A stretch of DNA of 64,000 nucleotides. It comes from Deferribacterales bacterium (lineage in GTDB: Bacteria > Chrysiogenota > Deferribacteres > Deferribacterales > Geovibrionaceae). Shown in pieces: positions 30,260-39,618 of the stretch (positions within the stretch are counted from its first letter, which is position 1; each line of letters starts with the position of its first letter). The notes under the pieces are model-generated. The model was not told the origin of the DNA. It made no database searches and worked only from the letters and a program-made list of their open reading frames with translations. The stretch lies in the NCBI GenBank assembly GCA_050253075.1, contig JBFWJS010000005.1, positions 142,769-206,768 of the forward strand. Reading direction: 5' to 3'. The position numbers and the translations under genes were made by a program.

Positions 30260-30313
30260 GTTTCAGGTTTAACCGCCCTTAAACATATCCATTATTTCAT
30301 TCCTGTACCATCC
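30260..30313 (+). promoter_or_regulatory. Putative activator-dependent late promoter of head-tail operon
   Basis: GTTTC-N14-TTAAACATAT-N17-TACCATCC; same layout as 20412-20465. Confidence 0.7.
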
Positions 30314-30343
30314 ACTCACTTGAAAAACTCTAAAGGAGGAAAC

Positions 30344-31036
30344 ATGAAACTGGAACTGGCGAAAACCGGAAACCATAACGGCATCACCATAACAGAAGAA
30401 GACCTGAGAGACATGGCAGCGACCTTTACAGGCGATGTGCCCGTCACAATAGGTCACGAGGCCGACGACTCCATGCCCGCATACGGCTGGGTCACCGCTC
30501 TAGAAGTGTCCGAAGACGGACAGACACTCACAGGCGAACTGGAGCTGAACGAAGAGCTCCAGCAGGCTATCGCAGAGGGACGTTACAAGAACTGGAGCAT
30601 AGGCGCAGGCAGAAACGCAGACGAGCAGATGTATCTGCACCATGTGGCGTTCCTCGGCGCTGTCCCCCCGATGATAAAGGGGCTGAAGCTCATCGAGATG
30701 GGCGACAGGTCAGACATCGTCACATTCGCCATAAACGGCGGATGCTCACTCACCCTCTCCGATGCGGAGCTCTCCGAATACGCATCACTGCGTAAGGAAA
30801 AGAAGAGCGCACTCATCAAAAAGCTCTCCGACGCATCAGCGGGGAAGATCCCCTTCGGCAAGCGTGAGGAGCTCATCAGATTCGCAGACTCTCAGCTCTC
30901 CGCAGGCGGCGAAGAGATAGTCTCCATGCTGGCGGAGATATTCGAAAGCGTGAAACACCCAGTGAGAGAAGGGATATCCCAAGCCATCAGAACAAAAAAC
31001 GCTGAAACGTCCGTAAACGTATTCAGCAAAATCTAG
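30344..31036 (+). CDS. Phage prohead protease/scaffold, Mu gp32(I)-like
   Basis: PVTIGH..SMPAYGWV..L, GRYKNWSIG, YLHHVAFLGAVPP.IKGL; AAGGAGG RBS. Confidence 0.8.
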   Translation: MKLELAKTGNHNGITITEEDLRDMAATFTGDVPVTIGHEADDSMPAYGWVTALEVSEDGQTLTGELELNEELQQAIAEGRYKNWSIGAGRNADEQMYLHHVAFLGAVPPMIKGLKLIEMGDRSDIVTFAINGGCSLTLSDAELSEYASLRKEKKSALIKKLSDASAGKIPFGKREELIRFADSQLSAGGEEIVSMLAEIFESVKHPVREGISQAIRTKNAETSVNVFSKI

Positions 31037-31045
31037 GAGGAATAA

Positions 31046-31408
31046 ATGGCAACAGTAAACGGCGTTATCGGTCAGCAGACCATCACAGACAAATCTGTCA
31101 TCGACGACAGACACCCCGCAGTGATCCGCTTTATGCAGTTCAAAGCAGACAACGGCATCATCGGAGCAGGCGAGATACTCGCACTGGATTCTAACGGCGA
31201 CGTGGTCTCATACGACCCTGCATCAGGCGGAACAGAGGCATCACCTATCGGCGTGTGCTCATCACAGACAGACACGGCGAAAGATACCGCAGGCGGAGTC
31301 ATCATCCATGGAACAGTAGTAGGCGCAAGCCTTCTCACCCTCGGCGTAAAAGCTGTCTCCGCAGAGATAGAAGCCCTCGAGGCAAACACACTCATCTGGT
31401 CATTCTAG
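31046..31408 (+). CDS. Head decoration protein (lambda gpD-like)
   Basis: 120 aa, GEILAL..G..VSYDPASGGTEASPIGV pattern; between protease and capsid genes. Confidence 0.65.
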   Translation: MATVNGVIGQQTITDKSVIDDRHPAVIRFMQFKADNGIIGAGEILALDSNGDVVSYDPASGGTEASPIGVCSSQTDTAKDTAGGVIIHGTVVGASLLTLGVKAVSAEIEALEANTLIWSF

Positions 31409-31420
31409 GAGGATACATAA

Positions 31421-32404
31421 ATGATACAGCTTGATCTCAGCAGATATTTCACAACAGACTCACTCATCAAAGCACTCACAAACATGCCGGAGCTTAAATC
31501 CCCCGTCATGGACAGCATCTACACGGCGGACAAACGCAGAAACCACCCTCTGCCGACAGTCTCCGTCAGCGACCTCCAACAGGCGGTTAAGAACATAGCT
31601 ATCACAAAAAGAGGCGGAGAACCTGTGCCTGTCTATGAAGAAAGCATGAACATCACACACATCGAACCTCAGCCGTTCAGACCTTCCGAAAGACTCAACG
31701 GAGTGGACGTGAATAACCTCAAGCTCCTCGACGAGACAGGCGTGGAGCTCCTCGTAAATAACAAGATAGACAGACTCCGCCGCATCGTCAGAGCATCCAC
31801 AGAGGCTATGGCGGCACAGTCGCTCACAGGCTCTATCGCATACCCTATGGCTATGGACGGCGGATACGGCACATACAGCGTGGACTTCGGCTCCACACTC
31901 AGCCACTCCGTCGGCACTGCATGGACAGACTCGGGCATCACACTCGACGCCGTCCTCGCAGACCTCATCAGCATGGAGGCAAACATCCAGGCTGAGACAC
32001 ACTACGGCTCCGACATCCGCTTCTGGGCGGGTCAGGACGCCTTCATGGCTCTGGCAAAGATCGTCCAGGACGTCAACAACACAGGCATCACGGGCATGAT
32101 AGACGCAAGAACCATCAACATAGCAGGATTCAGGGTAGAGCTTCAGAACAGCTCATACACAGACCTCGCCACAGGCTCGCAGACAAAGGTCGTGGATACT
32201 TCAAAGGTGATGGCGTTCGCCGCCGATGCACCTTTCGAGCTGGTCTACTCTGTCATAGACGACCTCGACAGCAACCTTACTGCCATGCCTTTCTTCGTAA
32301 AGAGCGTGAAAGACCCGAGGTCCTCAAGCATCGAGATCATCGCAGAGAGCAAACCGCTCCCTGTTCCGTTCACAAAGGGTATTTGCTGGGCAACAGCCGT
32401 ATAA
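31421..32404 (+). CDS. Major capsid protein (lambda gpE-like family)
   Basis: 327 aa; LRRIVRASTEAMAAQSLTG.I, VDFG, C-terminal IIAESKPLPVP typical of gpE-type capsids; strong RBS. Confidence 0.82.
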   Translation: MIQLDLSRYFTTDSLIKALTNMPELKSPVMDSIYTADKRRNHPLPTVSVSDLQQAVKNIAITKRGGEPVPVYEESMNITHIEPQPFRPSERLNGVDVNNLKLLDETGVELLVNNKIDRLRRIVRASTEAMAAQSLTGSIAYPMAMDGGYGTYSVDFGSTLSHSVGTAWTDSGITLDAVLADLISMEANIQAETHYGSDIRFWAGQDAFMALAKIVQDVNNTGITGMIDARTINIAGFRVELQNSSYTDLATGSQTKVVDTSKVMAFAADAPFELVYSVIDDLDSNLTAMPFFVKSVKDPRSSSIEIIAESKPLPVPFTKGICWATAV

Positions 32405-32420
32405 GGCTCGACTCAAAAAT

Positions 32421-32449
32421 CGGCAGGGGTGCTCTGATGCGCCCCGCCG
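32421..32449 (+). other. GC-rich stem-loop after capsid gene (no U tract)
   Basis: CGGCAGGGGTGC-TCTGAT-GCGCCCCGCCG. Confidence 0.5.
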
Positions 32450-32470
32450 CCCTATCAAAAGAGGTAAACC

Positions 32471-32827
32471 ATGCTGATAGACATATATGAGCTTCAGGAA
32501 ATGATACAGACAGAGGACTACGACGCCATATGCCGTGGTGACGATGCCGTTGCGGAAGAATCACTGGAATCTGCCCGTGCGTATGTAGGACTGGCCGCTG
32601 AGAAATTCGGCATTGAATACGACGAGGAAGACCCAGCCATAAGGCTCGCCGTGAAAAAGTGGGCTCTGGCGCAGATGTACATCTTCGCAGCGGAGTGGGA
32701 AACAGCCCAAAGGTATAAGGACGAATGCAACGAAGTGCTCGCACCACTTGCCCCCGCATCCGAACAGGGGGGAAGAGTCTACTCTTCGACCGTTTCGGGG
32801 AGCACCTCGTGGAAAGGATATTACTGA
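32471..32827 (+). CDS. Probable head-tail connector (Mu gp36/DUF1320-like)
   Basis: 118 aa helical protein right after capsid gene; AQRYKDEC..L pattern. Confidence 0.6.
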   Translation: MLIDIYELQEMIQTEDYDAICRGDDAVAEESLESARAYVGLAAEKFGIEYDEEDPAIRLAVKKWALAQMYIFAAEWETAQRYKDECNEVLAPLAPASEQGGRVYSSTVSGSTSWKGYY

Positions 32828-33198
32828 TGAAGACAGCTCAGGAGATAAAGCAGGCGATAGCCGACTCGCTGAATACCTGCGGCGTGTTCGACTCTGTGCT
32901 GACACCGTCCGACAACCGAAAGGATGCGACCATAATGCGTGAGCCGTCTGCTGCGGTCTATTACAGCGGATGCGTGATAAGGGACGATAACGGCGTGCAG
33001 GTGACAGAATACGCATACATCATACGCATGAAGTTCCTGAAAATAGGCGTAAACGAAACAGCCGACGACATAGAACTCGCCGTTAACGCCCTGAAAGAGC
33101 TGGAGCCCGCATCCCTCGCCCAGTCGGGCAAAACAGACACAAACAGCAGATCGGCATCATACACCATAGACATAACATTTGCGGGGTGCAGGGGATGA
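32827..33198 (+). CDS. Probable neck/tail-completion protein
   Basis: TGATG coupling; PSAAVYYSG, C-terminal YTIDITF; position in operon. Confidence 0.5.
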   Translation: MKTAQEIKQAIADSLNTCGVFDSVLTPSDNRKDATIMREPSAAVYYSGCVIRDDNGVQVTEYAYIIRMKFLKIGVNETADDIELAVNALKELEPASLAQSGKTDTNSRSASYTIDITFAGCRG

Positions 33199-33563
33199 TA
33201 CGCATATCAGACATAACACTCCCAAAGTCCGCAGTGTGGGCAAACGAGATATCAAACAGCACACATAAAACCGAGCGGACAGCATGCCCCTACGGGACAG
33301 AAGTCATCTTTGCAGACATACAGGATGCTGAGATAGACATATACATACCAAAGATATCTGGCGAGCTGACCCGTGCGGACGTGCAGAGGCTGAAAGCTCT
33401 AGCAGACGGCACAAACGAGATAAGCATAAACATAAACGGCACAGACAAAACGTGCGTCTTCAGGCATTCGGACACCGCACTCGACCTGCACCCGATAAGC
33501 CCGAAACAGACACAAACGCACACCGACAGCTACTACGGATATATAAGGCTTCTGGAGGTTTAA
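33195..33563 (+). CDS. Putative distal-tail/baseplate-proximal protein
   Basis: ATGA coupling; I.DITLP..AVW.NE and LTRADVQRLKALA resemble siphophage proteins encoded right after tape measure genes (recall, unverified). Confidence 0.5.
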   Translation: MIRISDITLPKSAVWANEISNSTHKTERTACPYGTEVIFADIQDAEIDIYIPKISGELTRADVQRLKALADGTNEISININGTDKTCVFRHSDTALDLHPISPKQTQTHTDSYYGYIRLLEV

Positions 33564-34532
33564 ATGAATCAGACAGACATAAAAATACTGAAAGCAGAAA
33601 CGATAACAGACGACAGCATAAACGGCGGGAGGGTCAGCTTCGCCTCTGAGGTGATCAGCGGAGTGAAGTTTAACCTGTTCCCCAGAGTGACATCATCCGA
33701 AAGGGACAGTGGAGTGACAAGATACCGTAAGGCCTTCATCGGCAACATGAACCCGCTGGGCGAGACGGCATACGGCGCATCTGTCGCCATCAGTACCCCC
33801 GGCAACGGCGAAGACAGGTTCTATATAAAGCAGGGAACACACTCAGACACACAGGACGACCTGACATCGGACGGATGGACAGGATGCGGAACGCTGGCAT
33901 ACACGGCATCCGCTGGGGACACATCCATACAGGTAATTTTTAAATCCAGCGACTACGCCATCCCCGAGGGCGCTATGCTCATAATCAAAGATGATCTGGA
34001 AAACACCGTGAACATACGCACATCGGCATCGGCACCGTGCGCAGAGTGGAACGGCACAACGGCGACAATACAGCTCGAATCCCAGCTCCCAGACGGATTC
34101 TCTTCATACAGCACACACGTGGGCGTGATGATAGAAACGGGCGACCTAGCTCCTGAGATGACTGACATATCGGTATCATCCTCATCAGGCACATTCGACG
34201 AGAGCATCGTAACCCTCTATAACGGCGGAACAATAGCGGACACATACTCAGTCACATTCGACAGTGCATTCAGCTTTGCCGTGTCGGGTGCGGAAACAGG
34301 CGCACTGGCATCGGGCACCACAGGCTCCGCATATGAGCCGTCTAACCCGCAGACAAACAAACCTTATTTCAGCATACCTTCTGAAAGCTGGTCGGGGATA
34401 TTCGAAGCTGGCGACACTGTGACATTCACCACTGCGCCTTCGTGTGCTGGCTTCTGGATAAAAGAGGCTGTCCCCGCAGGGTGCGCACACGAGCCGAACA
34501 ACAGCTTCAATCTGGACTGGATGATAGATTAG
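33564..34532 (+). CDS. Putative tail-tip protein
   Basis: DIKILKAETITD...GGR...EVISGV.FNLFPRVTSSER..GVTRYRKAF resembles a conserved prophage tail protein N-terminus; Ser/Thr/Gly-rich. Confidence 0.6.
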   Translation: MNQTDIKILKAETITDDSINGGRVSFASEVISGVKFNLFPRVTSSERDSGVTRYRKAFIGNMNPLGETAYGASVAISTPGNGEDRFYIKQGTHSDTQDDLTSDGWTGCGTLAYTASAGDTSIQVIFKSSDYAIPEGAMLIIKDDLENTVNIRTSASAPCAEWNGTTATIQLESQLPDGFSSYSTHVGVMIETGDLAPEMTDISVSSSSGTFDESIVTLYNGGTIADTYSVTFDSAFSFAVSGAETGALASGTTGSAYEPSNPQTNKPYFSIPSESWSGIFEAGDTVTFTTAPSCAGFWIKEAVPAGCAHEPNNSFNLDWMID

Positions 34533-34539
34533 GTGACAC

Positions 34540-35769
34540 ATGGCTAACCTTACATACGCGAATTTCGCACTATCAAAGCTGACACAGGCACTCTCTGCAT
34601 CGGGCACAGCCGTACACATAGCAGACGACGCCCTCTTCCCCGACGGATACTTCACCGCCGTGATATGGAGCGCAGGGGTCGGCTCACCTCTGGAGGATGC
34701 AGACAGCGAGCTGCTGACGCTGATGCGCACATCCGCAGGAGTTTTCGAAGCGGTGCGGGGAGATGAAGGGACAACTGCCCGTGACTGGGCGCAGGATTCC
34801 CTGATAGCAAACGTGGTGACGGCGGAAACTATGGAATACATATACTCCGCAGCTGGGAACACGGCATCCGTCACCGTGATGTCCGACACCGCATACACCA
34901 TGGAAAGGGACGACACAAAGATGCTGTGTACATTCACCCCCGCAGAGGGGGAAAAGTCTGTCACCCTCCCCGCATCGGATGTGTGTGAAGGGCTGACATA
35001 TACGATACTCAACAGAGGCATATATCCGCATCAGACACTAAAGCTATATCCGAACGCATCCGACGGATATGCACATACTGCCGAAGGATACATAAGCATA
35101 CCTTCGGGCGGGTCTGCACAGCTTATACACAGCGATGACGGATGGGTCGTCATATCAGCAAACGCCGACAGCTACAAAAACCTGCGCATAATAGACGAAG
35201 ACATGCCGAGCGTATCATTCGGCGAGGGCACACTGTATGCAGACACATCGGCAGAGGATATAAACATCACCCTCCCCTCGGCAAAGGAATACTGCGGTGT
35301 CCCCCTCAAGATATATAAATTCTCCGACGACGCAAACAAGGTGATCATCAGCGGATACGAAGGGGACAGCACCCCCGTAGAGCTGACGGAGCAGTGGCAG
35401 TCCGCCGTGTTTGTCATGAGCCAGAGCGGGACAGTATATATGACAGACGGTCCGCAGGCTTCAGCACCTTCATCAGGGACATCCGAGGGGGACGTGATCT
35501 TCCTGTCTGAAAACAGGTTCCTCGACGGCAGCGAACGCTTCATCTTCGTGACGACAGGGTCAGTGGGGATACACTCATACCTGCCCGAGCCGAGCGCACA
35601 CACGGGAAAGATGGTAACGGTGAAGAAGATAGACTCTGGCTCAGGCGTTGCCATCATCTTCCCCATAGACAGCACAATAGACGGTGCAGCAGACTTGGTG
35701 GAGCTCACACAGCAGTGGCAGTACGCCACATTTGCCTGCGGCGGAGACGGCTGGTACAGGGTAGGCTGA
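34540..35769 (+). CDS. Putative tail fibre protein with three internal repeats
   Basis: VRGDEGTTARDW motif; repeats TLPASDVCEG / TLPSAKEYCG / YLPEPSAHTG and VELTEQWQ / VELTQQWQ. Confidence 0.6.
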   Translation: MANLTYANFALSKLTQALSASGTAVHIADDALFPDGYFTAVIWSAGVGSPLEDADSELLTLMRTSAGVFEAVRGDEGTTARDWAQDSLIANVVTAETMEYIYSAAGNTASVTVMSDTAYTMERDDTKMLCTFTPAEGEKSVTLPASDVCEGLTYTILNRGIYPHQTLKLYPNASDGYAHTAEGYISIPSGGSAQLIHSDDGWVVISANADSYKNLRIIDEDMPSVSFGEGTLYADTSAEDINITLPSAKEYCGVPLKIYKFSDDANKVIISGYEGDSTPVELTEQWQSAVFVMSQSGTVYMTDGPQASAPSSGTSEGDVIFLSENRFLDGSERFIFVTTGSVGIHSYLPEPSAHTGKMVTVKKIDSGSGVAIIFPIDSTIDGAADLVELTQQWQYATFACGGDGWYRVG

Positions 35770-35770
35770 T

Positions 35771-37411
35771 ATGTTTATACAATGCGGAGCACCGCTTTTA
35801 AACATATCTCTGTCCTCACAGTCAGGGCTGAACGGCAGTCTGAGCATCACAGCCCCCTTTGTGATAGACGGCAGTGTGGAGCTTGCCTCCGCACTGTCCA
35901 TTTCGGACAGCCTGAACCTGCCTATACCGGAGGGGCTGAACGGCGAGCTGTTGATATACGCACTCTTTGCCGAGGTATACAGAGGCTCGGATAATATCCC
36001 CGTCAGTCTGTCTGCTATGGATGAAGCCACTGTCGCCTGTAATACGGTGAACGCACTCGCCCTTGATGGAGCCGTATCTATATCCTCAGAGCTGGCAGAA
36101 GCCTTTGAGGGCAGTCTGACATCCTTAAACACCATAGGCGAGTATGCACTCAGAGCATCAACTGACATCAGGATACCGTTCGGGCTGTATGACACATCAG
36201 GAAGCTGTGAAATACGCCTTCCCCAAACCACAGCCCACGTCATAAAGGACGAGCTGGAAGTATATGCAGACGGCATCGACATCACAAAGCTGTTAAGGAG
36301 CGCAGAGATAAAACTCTTCGGCGGAAATGAACCGATCAGGCTGAAAGCATTGCTGAAACCTCTGAAAAATACGCCGAAGTACATCGACATCTTCATCAAC
36401 GGTGAGGCATACGCCTTCCGCATTGATACGGCGGAGCATTCCTCTGAGCAGTGCACCCTGACTGGCAGTATGCCGAGCGGATACGCATCCGTGACAGCAG
36501 GTATAAAGCGTGCATCGGCCCTGTGTGCCGATGATACTGACATAATATTCTCTGCTGCGGATTTCGTCACTCAGGGGATAGAGGCAGACGGCACAGACCA
36601 CGGCATAGCAGTGATGCTGGCTGAGATGTGCGGAGCAAAAGCCCGCCAGATGAAGGACGGCAGGAGCATGGTATACGATGCGAGTTCATGCGCAGTATAC
36701 ACGCCGAAGCATATCCTTAGCTGGGCAAAGACTGCCCCCGAGAGGTTCAAAGGGGTAGTTGAAGTGATATACGGCAAAAACGGCGACGACCACATAACTC
36801 TGGAGCCATCATCCAGAAAAGCCGTGAAAGGCATCAGCCTGAAAGTATACGGTAAGAGCGGCATCCCCGTGAGAGCCGACGGCGGGAAACTGAAGCTGAT
36901 AAACAGCGGAAACAGAGAGACCGTGACTGAGGACATAATATTCGAAAACGGATACGGCAGACTGTCTAAACCCTGCATGAAGATGCTCTCCGCAGGCTTC
37001 ACCGCCGACGGAAAGAAGGTCTATGCAGATGCATACTGCATCACGGCAGGCATCAGGTACGAGACCACATACGACCTGTACACCGTATCCGCAGAATCAG
37101 ACAGTGTGACACTGTGCGCCTATCTGGATAATCGGGTGGTCATAATGAAAGGGAGCGGCAGCATAACGAGCATCACAGCCGAAAACATATGTGACCACGC
37201 CACGGCTTATAAACTGGCGAAGTCGAAGCTGGCAGAGGCATCGGACAAGCTGACCCTGGTGACCACACACTCGAACATACTGAACACGACAGGCGCACTG
37301 AAAGTAAAAACACCATACGGCACAGGCGAGGCAATCAGCGCATCCATAAACATAAGCACCGCTCCGCTCAAGATAACAGACAAACTGGAGGTACAGATAT
37401 GGCAAAGGTAA
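35771..37411 (+). CDS. Putative tail hub/baseplate protein
   Basis: 546 aa, tightly packed in virion operon. Confidence 0.5.
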   Translation: MFIQCGAPLLNISLSSQSGLNGSLSITAPFVIDGSVELASALSISDSLNLPIPEGLNGELLIYALFAEVYRGSDNIPVSLSAMDEATVACNTVNALALDGAVSISSELAEAFEGSLTSLNTIGEYALRASTDIRIPFGLYDTSGSCEIRLPQTTAHVIKDELEVYADGIDITKLLRSAEIKLFGGNEPIRLKALLKPLKNTPKYIDIFINGEAYAFRIDTAEHSSEQCTLTGSMPSGYASVTAGIKRASALCADDTDIIFSAADFVTQGIEADGTDHGIAVMLAEMCGAKARQMKDGRSMVYDASSCAVYTPKHILSWAKTAPERFKGVVEVIYGKNGDDHITLEPSSRKAVKGISLKVYGKSGIPVRADGGKLKLINSGNRETVTEDIIFENGYGRLSKPCMKMLSAGFTADGKKVYADAYCITAGIRYETTYDLYTVSAESDSVTLCAYLDNRVVIMKGSGSITSITAENICDHATAYKLAKSKLAEASDKLTLVTTHSNILNTTGALKVKTPYGTGEAISASINISTAPLKITDKLEVQIWQR

Positions 37412-37896
37412 CAGTGAGTTTTGTCACCGCAGATGATGAAAGCAAGATGACCATAGAGAGCGACCCCGACAGAAACAAAGACTATACGGGCAGGACAAAG
37501 ACAAAATTCCGCTACGGCGACACGGCGTACTTCAGAGTATACAGCCATGAGGCCGAAAAGATATCCGCATCCGCATCCGACGGCGAGCTCACCGACATGG
37601 GGATATACACAGGCACTATAGCAGACGAGGTGCTCCCGTTCATCACGGAACAGACGGCAGACACAGAAAAGCCCGTTAAAAAGATAAGCGGATATGAATG
37701 GCTGGGGAACAGCCTCGGCAGTGTGACGGCATACGACAGCTACAGCGTGCAGGCATCATCCGCCCCCACAGAGTCTAAGATCGCCGCACTCTCTCTCACA
37801 TACCAGACTACATACAGGCTCTTCGGGCTGACACTGGCGAAGCGGGATATATCCGAATACCCCGTCATAGTATATGTGAGGTCGGGCGATGTCTGA
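37399..37896 (+). CDS. Hypothetical virion-operon protein
   Basis: GGAGG RBS, overlaps both neighbours. Confidence 0.6.
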   Translation: MAKVTVSFVTADDESKMTIESDPDRNKDYTGRTKTKFRYGDTAYFRVYSHEAEKISASASDGELTDMGIYTGTIADEVLPFITEQTADTEKPVKKISGYEWLGNSLGSVTAYDSYSVQASSAPTESKIAALSLTYQTTYRLFGLTLAKRDISEYPVIVYVRSGDV

Positions 37897-38614
37897 GAGC
37901 AAGATAACATTCACCTCGGCTGATACGGGGCTGTCCAGCTTTAAGTTCGTACTGGAGGCAGCGGAGAACGGGGGTAAGACGATATTTGCCCCCGACGAGC
38001 GGGCAAGGCTGAAACTCTACCCCGGCGGACAGAACCCGCAGATAAGCACATCGTGGGGCTCGGCGGAGGTATACATGAGAGGAGTGAAGCAGACCTTCAC
38101 CGAATACATCGCCTTCCGCTCTGCCGACTCTGGGAATACGACATACTTCATAGAAAAGCTGATATCCGCATCGTGGGAAGGGATAGGCGAAGGTAGACCG
38201 CTCATATACGGCAGCAGGATAATCCTCCCCGCCGTCACCACAGGCGTGCTGAAGGTTCAGTATGAGACCAGCTATGACCTGATAGACGTCACATGCTCTC
38301 ACCCTACATATATGCTGGTCAGCGCTGAGAGTGAGGCACTTGCAGGAGATTTCCTCGTGGACTTCAGCGACGGATACCTGACGGATGTGTATGACAAAGA
38401 CGTGGTGATGACCGTGCGTGACGCCTGTACAAAGGAGACCCTGCCGAATGCGTCGGTATATATAAACGGGAGCTTCAGCGGGCGCACGGACAATGCGGGA
38501 CTTATCAGGCTGGGCAGTATGAAATCGGGCACTTACGCCCTGCGCATCACCCGTGACGGATACACTGACACGGACAAAGACACCATCGGCAACGATTACT
38601 TTACGGTGGAATAA
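37889..38614 (+). CDS. Virion-operon protein with C-terminal PEGA/carboxypeptidase-regulatory-like domain
   Basis: LPNASVYING..SGRTDNAG...SGTYALRITRDGY. Confidence 0.6.
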   Translation: MSESKITFTSADTGLSSFKFVLEAAENGGKTIFAPDERARLKLYPGGQNPQISTSWGSAEVYMRGVKQTFTEYIAFRSADSGNTTYFIEKLISASWEGIGEGRPLIYGSRIILPAVTTGVLKVQYETSYDLIDVTCSHPTYMLVSAESEALAGDFLVDFSDGYLTDVYDKDVVMTVRDACTKETLPNASVYINGSFSGRTDNAGLIRLGSMKSGTYALRITRDGYTDTDKDTIGNDYFTVE

Positions 38615-39618
38615 TGGCACTGGGCAGCGAAAGATACCTAACCCCCAACATATATATATGCAAAGACAGATACTACCCTAAGGGGATCTGCTACGGCAAT
38701 AAATGCTCATCCACAGGGCTGACCGTGACGGAAAAGGACATAACCGAAACCGTCAGCATGTATGTCGGGGGCAGAAAGATAGCAGACATCACAAGCATCA
38801 CGGCGAGGCAGATAAACATAAGGGTGAACCTATCCCCCGCAGGCGGTACGGCCAGAAGGATAACGGCATACTTACTGCCCAACGGCTCGGGTGAGGAATG
38901 TATGCTGGCATCACCACCATGCAGGGAGATAGACACCGACAGCGGCGTGAAATGGTATGAGGACGGCGACTTCATCACTGCGGAACTGCCTCTGGCGGAG
39001 CACTGCGCCGTAAACAAATTCCAGACCACATACAGCAGCGGAACCATAAGGACAGACACGCCAACATCCATAGGCGAGGCAGACGGAGAGAGCGTCACCC
39101 TCACCTTTGACGACGGAGGGAAGACCCTGCATAAGACATCGATATCGGAGAAATACCTTATCCCCGGGAAGGAAACTGCAGTGCACTACGGACTGCGCGG
39201 TGTGGACGGGTATCACTACCTAGCCATCATAGACTTTCAGACGGAGATATTCACATCCGCCGAATTTGCAGGATGCGGACTCGTGAAAAGGGAAAAGGTT
39301 TATAAGAATCCATCCCGACCGGAGCTGGACTACACATATGAATATGTCCCATATGCAGGTGGCATCGGCAAGACCATACGCAAGGAATGGAGCTACGACA
39401 CAAACTACCGCATATGTGTCGCATTCCGAGGAAAACACTACTGGATAAAGAGCACAGACCACGCACCGTATGAGATAGGTCAGAGGGTATTCATAATGAA
39501 GGGCACCTCCGACATGCCCCTTATCCCCGACGAATCTTCCAGCAGGAACGCATCGGACACCCTGTCTGAATACGATGACGTGGCTGTGCCCGAGCATTTT
39601 TACAGCGGGGTGAACTGA
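38614..39618 (+). CDS. Hypothetical virion-operon protein
   Basis: 334 aa, TAATG coupling. Confidence 0.6.
   Translation: MALGSERYLTPNIYICKDRYYPKGICYGNKCSSTGLTVTEKDITETVSMYVGGRKIADITSITARQINIRVNLSPAGGTARRITAYLLPNGSGEECMLASPPCREIDTDSGVKWYEDGDFITAELPLAEHCAVNKFQTTYSSGTIRTDTPTSIGEADGESVTLTFDDGGKTLHKTSISEKYLIPGKETAVHYGLRGVDGYHYLAIIDFQTEIFTSAEFAGCGLVKREKVYKNPSRPELDYTYEYVPYAGGIGKTIRKEWSYDTNYRICVAFRGKHYWIKSTDHAPYEIGQRVFIMKGTSDMPLIPDESSSRNASDTLSEYDDVAVPEHFYSGVN

Noticed and set aside
35798..35807. Third TTAAACATAT match
   Set aside because: Inside a CDS; lacks GTTTC 14 nt upstream and a -10 box 17 nt downstream
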